This document shows positions 28,456 to 38,203 of a stretch of 64,000 nucleotides of DNA, in pieces. Below the pieces are notes generated by a model, which was not told the DNA's origin, made no database searches, and was given only the letters and a program-made list of their open reading frames with translations. Source of the stretch: Dehalococcoidia bacterium. GTDB taxonomy: Bacteria; Chloroflexota; Dehalococcoidia; Lucifugimonadales; UBA3495. The stretch lies in contig OY761449.1 of the NCBI GenBank assembly GCA_963664375.1, positions 2,026,877 to 2,090,876 on the forward strand, in the 5' to 3' direction. The translations under genes were made by a program, and so were the position numbers. Positions within the stretch are counted from its first letter, which is position 1. Each line of letters begins with the position of its first letter.

Positions 28456-29401
28456 CGACCTCTCCCCTTCCGAACCGGGCCAGCGCGCCCCGGACGACGG
28501 GAGTGGTGCGGATTCCGGCCTGGCGTCTCACTGGCTCTACCCCAACTTCCTGGCCCTGACCCCGGAGCAGTCTGCGCCGGAAACGGCCAGCGTAGCCCTC
28601 ATTCCCGTCCCCTACGACAGCACCACCTCCTACCGCGGCGGCGCGCGCGACGGCCCCTCCGGCATCATAGCGGCGTCGGCCCAGATGGAGGACTATGACC
28701 CGGAGCTTGACCTGGACGTGGCGGCGTTAGGAATCCACACGCTGCCAGCCCTGGAGCCGCACATGGGCGGGCCGGAGCGGATGGCCCAGCGGGTGCGGGA
28801 GGCCGTAGCGTCCTGCATGGCGCCGGGGCGCGTCGTAGGCGTTCTCGGCGGCGAGCATTCGCTGACCGCAGGCAGCGTTCAGGCCCATTTTGATGCCTTT
28901 CCATCCATGACCGTGCTGTACCTGGACGCCCACGCCGACCTGCGCGACGAGTACCAAGGCACAAAATGGGGCCACGCCTCGGGCGCCCGCCGCGTGCACG
29001 ACCTTTGCCCGCTGGCGCTGGCCGGGGTGAGAAGCCTCTCGCTGGAGGAACGGGATTTCATCCGGAACAACAACGTCCCGGTCTTGCCCTGCCCTGCGGA
29101 TGGCGGCCTGCTCCCGGCGGATGAGATTCTGGCCGCGCTGGGCGAGGACGTTTACGTCAGCGTCGATCTTGACGTGTTCGACCCGTCGCTGATGGCCGCC
29201 GTCGGAACGCCGGAGCCGGGCGGCCTGACCTGGAGGCAGGTGACGTCCCTGCTCCGCAGCGTCGCCGAGAACCGGCGCATCGTGGGCTTCGACGTATGCG
29301 AGCTGTCTCCGGCAGAAGGCCCGACCGCCTGCACCTACACCGCCGCCCGCCTGGTTGCCAAGCTGGCCGCCTACGCCGTGGCCTTCCGGCGCCCCCGCTG
29401 A
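28448..29401 (+). CDS. speB: agmatinase / ureohydrolase family protein
   Basis: GGEHS, LDAHADLRDEY, VSVDLDVFDP Mn-binding motifs. GTG start; the exact start is uncertain. Confidence 0.88.
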   Translation: MANDLSPSEPGQRAPDDGSGADSGLASHWLYPNFLALTPEQSAPETASVALIPVPYDSTTSYRGGARDGPSGIIAASAQMEDYDPELDLDVAALGIHTLPALEPHMGGPERMAQRVREAVASCMAPGRVVGVLGGEHSLTAGSVQAHFDAFPSMTVLYLDAHADLRDEYQGTKWGHASGARRVHDLCPLALAGVRSLSLEERDFIRNNNVPVLPCPADGGLLPADEILAALGEDVYVSVDLDVFDPSLMAAVGTPEPGGLTWRQVTSLLRSVAENRRIVGFDVCELSPAEGPTACTYTAARLVAKLAAYAVAFRRPR

Positions 29402-29450
29402 TCAACGACGCCGGGCCTTTCACTCATACACGGTCACGGTTGAAATTTAT

Positions 29451-29488
29451 CCCCTCCCCCTCAGGGGGAGGGTCAGGGTGGGGGTGAA
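29451..29488. repeat. REP-like element (family 1)
   Basis: cccctccccctcagggggagggtcagggtgggggtgaa, followed at 29510-29555 by an aatcctgattcagac motif also seen at 820-860. Confidence 0.8.
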
Positions 29489-29652
29489 CTCCTCAACTGC
29501 GTACCCCCTATCCTGTACATCCTAAAATCTTGTTAATCCTGATTCAGACAATCACATTGCGAATGCCCCGGCTCCCTTCGTGTACCTGATTGGGTATCGC
29601 CAGAATTTGTTATGCTAGAAGCACGTCCTCTTTGGCTGCGAGCGTGTTGACC

Positions 29653-30387
29653 ATGGGTAAATCCCTGCGACTGGGACGGGTTTTCGGCATTCCCATCGAG
29701 ATCAACGTGACCTGGCTGGTCATTTTCCTGCTGCTGACGGTCTTGCTGGCCGACCGGTTCGACTCATTGCGCTGGCCGGTGTACCAGCAGTGGATTGTGG
29801 CGGTAATCACGGTGGTGCTTTTCTTCCTGTCGGTGCTGGCCCACGAGCTTTCCCACAGCCTGGTCGCCCTGAGCCGCGGCATTCCGGTCACGGGCATCAC
29901 GCTGTTCATCTTTGGCGGCGTCTCGCACCTTGCCAGCGAACCCAGGCGTCCTTCCGAGGAATTCCTGATTTCCGTGGTGGGCCCTGTGACCAGCCTTGCC
30001 CTCGCCGTGATTGCTGGCGCGATTCTGGTCTGGGTTAATCCGGGCAACTGGATCTGGCCCACCCGCAATGCTTCGCCGGTCGAAATGGTGGCCTTCCTAC
30101 TGGCCTGGGGCAATCTGACCGTGGGCATTTTCAACATGATTCCCGGCTTTCCCCTCGATGGAGGCAGAGTGCTGCGGGCCATCGTGTGGGCCGGCTCCGG
30201 CAACCACGTCTTTGCCACCAAAGTCGCGGCGCGGTGCGGTCAGGGCGTCGGCCTGCTGATGATGGTGGGTGGCGTCCTCTACATCGTGCTTTGGGACAAT
30301 TGGATTGACGGAATCTGGGCGGCTGTCATCGGGTTCTTCCTCCTGTCGGTGGCGACCAGCAGCTACCCAAAGACGGCGCAGCAGTAA
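29653..30387 (+). CDS. site-2 protease family (M50) metalloprotease
   Basis: HELSHSL (HExxH) in a TM helix, plus the NMIPGFPLDGG motif. Confidence 0.85.
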   Translation: MGKSLRLGRVFGIPIEINVTWLVIFLLLTVLLADRFDSLRWPVYQQWIVAVITVVLFFLSVLAHELSHSLVALSRGIPVTGITLFIFGGVSHLASEPRRPSEEFLISVVGPVTSLALAVIAGAILVWVNPGNWIWPTRNASPVEMVAFLLAWGNLTVGIFNMIPGFPLDGGRVLRAIVWAGSGNHVFATKVAARCGQGVGLLMMVGGVLYIVLWDNWIDGIWAAVIGFFLLSVATSSYPKTAQQ

Positions 30388-30469
30388 TGCCCGGTCGTCT
30401 CTGTGATAAAATGGCGGGGCCGATTGCCCTCGCTGGCATTCGGCGACAACCGGGCAATGGCTGGATAGA

Positions 30470-31672
30470 ATGACTCAGAACCGCGCCCCCGACGGCATCG
30501 TGTACATGGACCACGCGGGCACTACGCCGCTGGCCCCCGATGTGCTGCGCTCCATGACCCCCTATTTCACGGAGCTGTTCGGCAATCCCTCCAGCATCCA
30601 CACCGTGGGGCAGGAGGCCAGGTACGCTCTGGATGAGGCCAGGGAACGGGTGGCCCGCGTGTTGAACTGCCGCCCGCGCGATGTGGTGTTCACCAGCGGC
30701 GGCACCGAGTCGGACAATGCCGCCATCGTGGGAGGGGCCACGGCGCTCCAGGAGACGGGCAACCACGTCATCACCTCCAGCGTCGAGCACCACGCGGTGC
30801 TGCACACCGCTCAGCACCTGGAGTCCCAGGGATTCGACGTAACCTATCTCCCCGTGGATTCCGACGGAATCGTCCAGCCGGAAGCGGTGCAGCGGGCGAT
30901 TACGGACAAGACTACCCTGGTGTCCATCATGTACGCCAACAACGAGATCGGCGTCGTGAACCCCATCCCGGAAATCGCGCAGGTTATCAAGCAGCGGGCG
31001 GCGGAACTTTCCCGCACCATCCTGTTCCACACCGATGCCGTGCAGGCCGCCGGTTACCTGGACCTCGACGTTAGGAAGCTCGGCGTTGACCTGCTGAGCT
31101 TATCGGGCCACAAGTTCCACGGCCCCAAGGGGACGGGCGTGCTGTTCATCAGGCGGGGCGCGCCGTTCCTGCCCTACCTGCTGGGAGGGGGCCAGGAGCG
31201 GGAACGCCGTTCGGGCACCGAGAACATCCCCGGCATCGTCGGCCTGTCCGTGGCGCTGGAAGCGGCCAACGCCCGGCGCGAGCAGACCGGCCAGCACTGC
31301 GGGGAACTGCGCGACCGTATCGTCGCTGAGGTGCTGGAGCGGGTGCCGGGCAGCCGCCTGAACGGTCATCCGACCCGGAGACTCCCCAACAACGCCAACT
31401 TTTCCTTCCCCGGCGTGGAGGGTGAACCCATCCTGCTGGGGCTGGATATGGCTGGCATTGCCGCCTCCAGCGGAAGCGCGTGCAGTTCCGGTTCCTTGGA
31501 GCCGTCCCACGTGTTGCTGGCACTGGGGCAGTCCGCCGAGGTTGCCAGGGGCAGCCTCCGCCTGACCCTGGGTAAGGACAACACCGACGAACAGGTAGAC
31601 TATCTTATCGACGTGCTGGTTGGCCTGGTGGAGCGGCTGCGGGAACTGCCCAGTCTCACCACGGCCAACTGA
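30470..31672 (+). CDS. cysteine desulfurase (NifS/IscS family)
   Basis: [12 protein letters not shown] (PLP Lys) and SSGSACSS (catalytic Cys loop). Confidence 0.92.
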   Translation: MTQNRAPDGIVYMDHAGTTPLAPDVLRSMTPYFTELFGNPSSIHTVGQEARYALDEARERVARVLNCRPRDVVFTSGGTESDNAAIVGGATALQETGNHVITSSVEHHAVLHTAQHLESQGFDVTYLPVDSDGIVQPEAVQRAITDKTTLVSIMYANNEIGVVNPIPEIAQVIKQRAAELSRTILFHTDAVQAAGYLDLDVRKLGVDLLSLSGHKFHGPKGTGVLFIRRGAPFLPYLLGGGQERERRSGTENIPGIVGLSVALEAANARREQTGQHCGELRDRIVAEVLERVPGSRLNGHPTRRLPNNANFSFPGVEGEPILLGLDMAGIAASSGSACSSGSLEPSHVLLALGQSAEVARGSLRLTLGKDNTDEQVDYLIDVLVGLVERLRELPSLTTAN

Positions 31673-31715
31673 TGTCTCACAATACACAGCTCCAGCTATT
31701 CAGACGCGATTGATC

Positions 31716-32591
31716 GTGGCGATTCCAACTCCCAAAATACCCCTTGCCGTTCCGCTCCTGGTATTCCTCGTGGCCGCGTTGCTGGCCGGGCTGCTGGCGT
31801 GCGCGTCGGAGTCGTCCAACCTGGGGCAATACAAGAAGGGCCGGACGCTGCACTTCAGCGTGGTCAGCGTCGAACGCACGCCGGAGTTGCGTTATTCCAC
31901 CTGCGACGTGCTGGCCGGGTCAGACCCTCCCGCCTGCGATCCCTCCGGCAAGGAACGGGACTGGGTTATCGCGCCCTCCGCCGAAGGCATGGAGCTGGTG
32001 CTGGTGCGGGCCAAGGTGGAGAACCACACCGCCGTCAGCGCCATCCTCCACGTTGACCGCACGGGGGTCGAGCTTAGGGACGTGGCAAATGGGGTGTACC
32101 GCCCGATTTCCGTAAGCGAATCTGCATGGCGGGACTTTCGCGGCGAGTCCGAGGGTCTGGTACGGATGGACCTCGGAGAATGCTATGACGGGCCGCGAAC
32201 GTTAATCGACGCGGGCGCGGCGGTGAGGTGGCAGAGCGAGGCGGAGGGCGTCCAGTACATCGACTTTGAGAACGCTGCCGTCGTGGGAATCCCCCAGGGC
32301 CGGGCGGAAATCGGGCCGGGCGCATCTGTGAGCCGCACCATCGACGAGGCTGGCACGTATCCCTACGTCTGCGGAAGTCCCGGCGCCTCGGAGTGGCCAG
32401 CGGAGCTGTGGGCGGCAGACCCCGAGGTGACGTATGACTACATCAAGCGCACCACCGCCTTCCTGCAAGGCTCTTTCGAGTTGTTGCAGGGGCACGGGCT
32501 GGACGGGTTCCTGATCTTCGAGGCACCGATAGGCACCGAATTCCGTGACGTCCGCTGGAGGGCTGGCGACTCGATCACCTTCGGCTTCTGA
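31716..32591 (+). CDS. hypothetical lipoprotein (beta-sandwich-like)
   Basis: Signal plus lipobox (LLAGLLAC). The start is uncertain (TTG 31710 / GTG 31716), and the track ATG 31620 overlaps the upstream gene. A GTYPYVC segment looks cupredoxin-like but lacks obvious His ligands. Confidence 0.55.
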   Translation: MAIPTPKIPLAVPLLVFLVAALLAGLLACASESSNLGQYKKGRTLHFSVVSVERTPELRYSTCDVLAGSDPPACDPSGKERDWVIAPSAEGMELVLVRAKVENHTAVSAILHVDRTGVELRDVANGVYRPISVSESAWRDFRGESEGLVRMDLGECYDGPRTLIDAGAAVRWQSEAEGVQYIDFENAAVVGIPQGRAEIGPGASVSRTIDEAGTYPYVCGSPGASEWPAELWAADPEVTYDYIKRTTAFLQGSFELLQGHGLDGFLIFEAPIGTEFRDVRWRAGDSITFGF

Positions 32592-32626
32592 GAAACCGTC
32601 CTGGAGCATTACACTACCCGAAAATC

Positions 32627-32721
32627 GTCATTCCGGCGAAAGCCGGAATCCAGTGTTCGGCGGCTGGCGGATTTTCTTTCGGTGTTAATGGCCCCTGGAT
32701 TCCCGCTTTCGCCGGAATGAC
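32627..32721. repeat. MITE-like inverted-repeat element (family 2)
   Basis: Arms gtcattccggcgaaagccggaatccag (32627-32653) and ctggattcccgctttcgccggaatgac (32695-32721). Each arm is itself a hairpin. A second copy lies at 47990-48081. Confidence 0.8.
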
Positions 32722-32777
32722 GGTCAGCCGAGCGAAATGCCGCCCGAATTTCAACGCTGTCAGGACAATGGCGGCCC

Positions 32778-33413
32778 ATGCAGAGACTCGCTGAACTGGT
32801 GATCTTCGCTGGACGCCGCCGGGAGGGTCCGCAAGCGCCTCCCCGGATCTGGCGACGGCTGTTCCACCTGATCGCCGGATCATCCATCCCCCTGGCAGGC
32901 ATTTTCGCCCCGGAGCGCGAGTTCGCGGTGGCGCTGGCGGTGCTGGCTGCGGGGGCGGTGGTGCTGGACCTCTCGCGGTTCGGCATCGGGCCGCTGAACC
33001 GGGTCTACATGCGCTGGATGGCCCCGCTCCTCAAGGGCGAGGAGATTTCCCGGATGACGGGCGCAACCCACATGCTGGTTGCGGCGGCCCTCGTGTTCTG
33101 GCTGTTCGGGAAAGAGGTGGGAGTGCCAGTGATGTTCTACCTGTCGCTGGGTGACCCGGTGGCCGCCATGGTGGGCAGGCGTCTGCCGGGGCCGCGGCTG
33201 GCGGGCAAGTCTCCCGGAGGCACGGCGGCATTCGCCATCGCCGGTTCCGCGGTGGCTGCCGTGCTGGTAATCTCCGGGGCCGTCGGGTACCACTGGGGTT
33301 TGTGGGCTGGCGCCGGGATTGCAGCCGTAGTCGAACTGGCCGGAATCCCGCCCGACGACAACCTGACCATCCCGCTGGTCGCCGGAACAGCAATGTGGGC
33401 AATGGGAGTGTGA
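32778..33413 (+). CDS. polytopic membrane protein, diacylglycerol/polyprenol (dolichol/phytol) kinase-like
   Basis: Multiple TM segments and an SLGDPVAAMVG motif reminiscent of the CTP-dependent polyprenol kinase / CdsA superfamily. Confidence 0.6.
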   Translation: MQRLAELVIFAGRRREGPQAPPRIWRRLFHLIAGSSIPLAGIFAPEREFAVALAVLAAGAVVLDLSRFGIGPLNRVYMRWMAPLLKGEEISRMTGATHMLVAAALVFWLFGKEVGVPVMFYLSLGDPVAAMVGRRLPGPRLAGKSPGGTAAFAIAGSAVAAVLVISGAVGYHWGLWAGAGIAAVVELAGIPPDDNLTIPLVAGTAMWAMGV

Positions 33414-33434
33414 CCCGTAGGGAGTGAGACCGGT

Positions 33435-33470
33435 CCCCTCTCCCTTCGGGAGAGGGTTAGGGTGAGGGCG
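33435..33470. repeat. REP-like element (family 1)
   Basis: cccctctcccttcgggagagggttagggtgagggcg. Confidence 0.8.
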
Positions 33471-33781
33471 TCCCCGGTTTACCAAGGATGATGGAAGTTG
33501 CACTGCCCGTCGAAATTTCAGTCTGCAATGGAGAGTCACACACCCCGTTATTTCGGTATTCCCAACGTGTGTTGGCATTCCCATGTAGGGGCGCACAGCC
33601 GTGCGCCCTGGCCCCCGGTTCCGGCACAATTCTCTCCTGCGCAGACACGGGCGCACGTCCTTCGACGTGCTCGGGAGTGCGCCCCTACGCGGCGGGGCCA
33701 AGCAGGCAAATCGCGTCCAATACCAACACACGCCGAGAATACCGTTATTTCGACCCCACTCACGGAGCATTTGCTGAAATA

Positions 33782-33817
33782 GCAGACGGGGAGCATCAGG
33801 TCTTGCTCCCCGTCTGC
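33782..33817. terminator. perfect 14-bp hairpin between convergent genes
   Basis: gcagacggggagca-tcaggtct-tgctccccgtctgc. There is no clean T-tract on the + strand; the minus strand has a weak one (tatttc). Confidence 0.35.
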
Positions 33818-33925
33818 CGTTGTCGCTGTTGGCCCGATGTTTCCTGAGAGAGTGTTCAATAAGCTCGGTTTACTGACAAAGAGCCGGTTTCAGGAGTATC
33901 CGTCGTCCTGAGCAACCAAGGGTAC

Positions 33926-33959
33926 GCCCCCACCCTAACCCTCCCCCGGAGGGAGAGGG
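33926..33959. repeat. REP-like element (family 1, inverted)
   Basis: cccccaccctaaccctcccccggagggagaggg. Confidence 0.8.
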
Positions 33960-34007
33960 AACTTTGGAAACACACTCTAAGGGGAGTGCCTTGGGCCAAC
34001 CAGGCAG

Positions 34008-35363
34008 TTACACGGAGGCCCCGTCGAACCGCACCGACTTTGCTTGCTCCCGCTGGAAGCGCAGGTAGGCGCTGCGGGACATTGCCGCCTTGTGCGCCGA
34101 CTTGACCTCCTTGGCCTGTTTTGCGCCGTCGTACAGCAGGTCAATCACTGACATCGCCATAATCTTCGCCGGATTGATTACCGCCACGTCGTAGTCCGTG
34201 ATGAGATAGGTCTTGCTGTGGCCGGGCCCGGTTGCGCCCCCGGTGTAGGGATGGATGGCCGGTAGAAGCTGCGACAGGTCGCCCATGTCCGTTGACCCGC
34301 CGCGGTTGCGGCCAGCGGGCATGACCAGCGTCCCATTATCCCCCACAACCGTGGCGGCATTGGTGCGGAACACATCCTGGAGCCGGGAGTCGTTGCGCAT
34401 TGGCATGTAGCCGGGAATGGTGGTGATTTCGACCTGAGCGCCGACGGCCAGCGCCCCGGATTTGAAACAGCGGTCAACGACCTGCGAGTTCTTGACCACG
34501 ACCTGCGGAGTCGAAGACCGGACGCGCCATTCCAGCTTGACCTCGGCGGGAACCGCGTTGACGGCTTCCCCTCCCTTGGTCATGATGCCGTGGATTCGCA
34601 CCGTATCCTCGGCGCGGTGGGTCTCCCGGTTGGCGTTGATGGCCTGCAGGGCGAAGGATGCGGCGTTGAGGGCGTTGATGCCCATGTGGGGCATGCCGCC
34701 TGCGTGTGCGCCGCGGCCCAGGAAGCGCACGTATTTGACCACGTGCCCGTTGCTGGTGCCGCCGATGGCGAACTTTCGCTCACCCATGTCGCTGGCAGTG
34801 TGGCACATCATGGCGATGTCCACGTCGTCGAAATGACCGAGGCGGATGAGTTCCTGCTTTCCACCAAGGAACTCCAGCTTTTTCTGCGCCCTGAGCTCCA
34901 ACCTCTGCTCGACTTCGATGAACTCCTCGGCAGGGACGGCGAAAGGCACAATCTCGCCGGACAGCCGTTCCAGGACTGCCGGAGTTTGCAGGCCCATGGT
35001 TGCGCCCAGCATCATCCCCAACTGGCAGTGGTGCCCGCAGGCATGCGCTGCGCCGGTCTCGGGGTCGGCGTGGGGATGTTCCGTTACCACCAGCGAGTCC
35101 AGTTCGCCGATCAGCGCCACCCTCGGCCCGGAGCCTGCGCCGCCCGGCACCCGGCCTTTCAGGCCAGTGAGGGCGAGGCCGCTCTGATGCGGGATCTGCA
35201 GCTCGTTGAACTTTTGCGCCACCAGCCCGGCCGTGCGGTGTTCGCGGAATCCTGCTTCGGGATGGGAGAGGGCCTGCTGAGCGACCGCTATGATCTCTTT
35301 CTTGCGCTTGTCGATGGTCTCACAGGCAAGCCGCTTCAGCTCTTCAACAGTCAACATAATCAA
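34008..35363 (-). CDS. M20 family amidohydrolase (AbgB/hippurate hydrolase-like)
   Basis: AHACGHH metal-binding motif and dimerisation-domain insertion. It is the tandem paralog of the upstream gene (ATGA overlap). Confidence 0.85.
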   Translation of the reverse strand: MIMLTVEELKRLACETIDKRKKEIIAVAQQALSHPEAGFREHRTAGLVAQKFNELQIPHQSGLALTGLKGRVPGGAGSGPRVALIGELDSLVVTEHPHADPETGAAHACGHHCQLGMMLGATMGLQTPAVLERLSGEIVPFAVPAEEFIEVEQRLELRAQKKLEFLGGKQELIRLGHFDDVDIAMMCHTASDMGERKFAIGGTSNGHVVKYVRFLGRGAHAGGMPHMGINALNAASFALQAINANRETHRAEDTVRIHGIMTKGGEAVNAVPAEVKLEWRVRSSTPQVVVKNSQVVDRCFKSGALAVGAQVEITTIPGYMPMRNDSRLQDVFRTNAATVVGDNGTLVMPAGRNRGGSTDMGDLSQLLPAIHPYTGGATGPGHSKTYLITDYDVAVINPAKIMAMSVIDLLYDGAKQAKEVKSAHKAAMSRSAYLRFQREQAKSVRFDGASV

Positions 35364-36706
35364 GCGCCCTTGAATGTTTCTTCCTTGGCCAGGCTGCGCA
35401 TGTATTTCAGGTATCCCGCCCGGGTCATCTCCGGCCGGTGATTGGAAACGATTTTGCCGCCGGTCTGCGCTCCGTCGGCCAGCAGGTCGATGGCGGTGCT
35501 GGCCAGCGCCTTGGCGGCGGTGATGACCGCCAGCGAATAGTCGTGCACCACGTAATCCGCGCCGTGGCCGATGCCCGTGGCTCCTCCCACGTAGGGATGG
35601 ATCGCTGGCATCAGCTGGCTGATGTCGCCCATGTCCGTGGAGCCGTTCCTGCGGTGTATGTGCCCGGTGTTTTCCTCGCCAACCAGACTGTGAGCGTTGG
35701 CCCTGAACACGTCGTTCATCGCCGAATTCTGCCGCAGCGGCAGGTAGCCCGGAATGGTCTGGATCACCACGTCGCCGCCCACGGCCATCGCGCCAGCCTT
35801 CAGCGCCCGGTCGACCTTGGTGTTGGCGTCCATGATGGCATCCAGGGTGCGCCCCCGGACGAACGTCTCCATCCGCACGTCGGCTGGCACGGCGCTAACC
35901 GCCTCGCCGCCCTTGGTGATGATTGGGTGGACGCGAATGCTGTCCTCATCGCGGAAAGTCTCGCGGTTGTAGTGGATGGCCGAAAGGGCGAGAGTGGCCG
36001 CGTTCAGGGCGTTGATGCCCAGGTGGGGAGCGCCGCCAGCGTGGGCGCCGCGTCCCAAGAACTGGATTTTCTTGGCGATGGTGCCGTTGTTTTCCCCGCT
36101 GATACAGAGCAGCTTTTCATCGGGGTTGGATGTGGTGTGGCACATCATGGCCAGATCGATGTCGTCAAACTCGCCGAGTTTCACCAGCTCTGGCTTGCCT
36201 CCCAGGAATTCGAGCTTGCCCTGCCGCCGCAAGGAATCGCGGTATTCGATCTCGATGTATTCCTCTGCTGGGACGGCCATGAATGCCAGGCGGCCGCTGA
36301 GAGATTCCAGAACGTCGGGCTGCATCAGTCCAATGGCTGCGCCCAGCAGCATGCCGATCTGGCAATGGTGGCCGCAGGCATGGGCCGCGCCAGTATCGCC
36401 GTTGGCGTGCGGGTGTTCGTTCACGATTAGCGAGTCCAGTTCGCCCATTATCGCCAGGGCAGGGCCGGGGCTGCCGCCCACCAAGTCGGCGCGCACCCCG
36501 GTGAGGGCCAGGCCGACTCGCGCTGGCATTCCCAGCTCGGCGAATTTTGCCGCAACCAGGCGCGCCGTCCGGGTTTCGCGGAATCCCGGCTCGGGGTTGG
36601 CCAGGATGTCCTTGACCAGCGACACCAGTTCACCGGAACGCGAGTCTATGGCCTCGGCTGCTCGGCTCTTGAGTTCGTCCCGCGAGGGGGTTCCGCCAGT
36701 GGACAT
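35360..36706 (-). CDS. M20 family amidohydrolase (paralog)
   Basis: Same motifs (AHACGHHCQIGMLLG). ATG 36706 after ggag; the track start 36751 adds 15 aa. Confidence 0.85.
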   Translation of the reverse strand: MSTGGTPSRDELKSRAAEAIDSRSGELVSLVKDILANPEPGFRETRTARLVAAKFAELGMPARVGLALTGVRADLVGGSPGPALAIMGELDSLIVNEHPHANGDTGAAHACGHHCQIGMLLGAAIGLMQPDVLESLSGRLAFMAVPAEEYIEIEYRDSLRRQGKLEFLGGKPELVKLGEFDDIDLAMMCHTTSNPDEKLLCISGENNGTIAKKIQFLGRGAHAGGAPHLGINALNAATLALSAIHYNRETFRDEDSIRVHPIITKGGEAVSAVPADVRMETFVRGRTLDAIMDANTKVDRALKAGAMAVGGDVVIQTIPGYLPLRQNSAMNDVFRANAHSLVGEENTGHIHRRNGSTDMGDISQLMPAIHPYVGGATGIGHGADYVVHDYSLAVITAAKALASTAIDLLADGAQTGGKIVSNHRPEMTRAGYLKYMRSLAKEETFKGA

Positions 36707-36986
36707 AAATGGACTCCGGGATCGTATTGGGCTGCTGGAGTAGCCAGGCAAAGAAGTGCCGGTTTGAACCGGAGACCGGCCCCCAGCCGAACCTTCCGCA
36801 GGCCCTAACCTGCCGGTCGTGGGCGCAACCCTGCTCGTAGCACTATATCACAATATAGGCGCTCCCCCGGCAATGTATAATCGGCAATCTAATTCCCGAC
36901 AAGATCGGCCGCCGGGCCCGGTGGCCGGTCTCGCTGAGACCTATAAGTTAGTCCCCTGACTCACCCGCCCTGTTCCGGAGCAGCCA

Positions 36987-38144
36987 ATGAAAATCGTCAT
37001 CGCGCCCCAGGGATTCAAAGCGACCTTGTCCGGGCTGGAGGCCGCCCGGGCCATCGGACGTGGGGTGTCAGCCGTTTTGCCGGATGCCGAAACCGTGCTG
37101 GCCCCGGTGGCCGACGGCGGCGACGGCACGCTCGACGCCCTGGTTGACGGTACCGGGGGGCAGGTGTTCACCAGCACGGTGACCGGCCCACTGGGTCAGC
37201 CAGTGGAGGCCCAGTGGGGAGTGATGGGCGACGGACGGACGGCGGTCATCGAAATGGCGCTGGCCTCGGGGATCGCCCTGGTGCCGCAGAGGCGGCGCAA
37301 CCCCCGCGTAACGACGACGGCCGGCACGGGAGAGATTCTCCGTGAGGCCCTCGACCGTGGCTACGACCGCATCATCGTTGGCCTGGGCGGCAGCGCCACC
37401 AACGACGGCGGGGCCGGGCTGGCTGCGGCGCTGGGCGCCCGGTTCCTTGATTCCTCGGGCAATCCTTTGCCACCGGGAGGGAGCGCGCTGGCAAGGCTGG
37501 ACCGCGTCGAGTCCGGCGCCCTGCATCCCGGCCTACGCGATGCGACGATTATTGCCGCCACCGACGTTACCAACCCGTTGTGCGGCCCCGAGGGCGCGTC
37601 GGCTATCTTTGGCCCTCAGAAGGGGGCGAGCCGGGAGATGGTGCAGGAGCTGGACGCCGCCCTGGCGAACTACGCCCGCGTGGTCGCTCGTGACTTAGGG
37701 CGCGACGTGTCGGAACAGCCCGGCGCGGGGGCCGCTGGCGGGCTTGGGGCCGGCTTGATGGCCTTCGCGGGAGCCACCCTTCAGTCGGGCATCGACATGG
37801 TGTGCGACGTGCTGGGCTTCGACGCGCTGCTGGAGGGCGCAGACCTGGTCATTACCGGAGAGGGACGCGCTGACCGCTCGACGATTTTCAACAAAGCGCC
37901 GGCCGGCGTGGCCCGCCACGCCCAGGCCCACGGCGTTCCGACGGTGCTGCTGGCGGGCGGCCTGGGGCCGGGATACGAGGAGCTCTACGATCACTCTCTG
38001 GCCGCAGTGGTGTGCATCTCCGACCGGCCAATGAGCTTCGACGTGTCGCTTTCGCGCACGGCCGAGCTACTGGAGTCCGCCGCCGAGCGCACCATGCGGC
38101 TGCTGCTGACGGGCAGGGCGATGGGTTCCGGAAACGTTGCGTAA
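36987..38144 (+). CDS. glxK: glycerate kinase
   Basis: MKIVIAPQGFKATLS..., PVADGGDGT, TGEGRADRST family motifs. Confidence 0.9.
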   Translation: MKIVIAPQGFKATLSGLEAARAIGRGVSAVLPDAETVLAPVADGGDGTLDALVDGTGGQVFTSTVTGPLGQPVEAQWGVMGDGRTAVIEMALASGIALVPQRRRNPRVTTTAGTGEILREALDRGYDRIIVGLGGSATNDGGAGLAAALGARFLDSSGNPLPPGGSALARLDRVESGALHPGLRDATIIAATDVTNPLCGPEGASAIFGPQKGASREMVQELDAALANYARVVARDLGRDVSEQPGAGAAGGLGAGLMAFAGATLQSGIDMVCDVLGFDALLEGADLVITGEGRADRSTIFNKAPAGVARHAQAHGVPTVLLAGGLGPGYEELYDHSLAAVVCISDRPMSFDVSLSRTAELLESAAERTMRLLLTGRAMGSGNVA

Positions 38145-38203
38145 CGACTGTGGCCCGCTATTTAAGTTACAATGTCAGCAGACCAGCTTGAAAGAGGGCA
38201 GCG

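Noticed and set aside
31716-32591. Calling the lipoprotein a blue-copper (cupredoxin) protein because of GTYPYVC.
   Set aside because: The expected His/Cys/His/Met ligand set is not evident around the motif, so only a generic beta-sandwich lipoprotein call is justified.
33488-33859. Track ORFs of 63-119 aa in the 33414-34007 gap.
   Set aside because: They translate palindromic repeats (VGAHSRAP, CRGAQPCA) and overlap one another on both strands. They have no SD or start context and no family resemblance.
33845-33920. TPP-riboswitch-like fragments (cctgagag ... cctgagc).
   Set aside because: Only short chance matches are present and no P1-P5 architecture can be drawn. The region also lies downstream of both convergent genes, so it has no gene to regulate.
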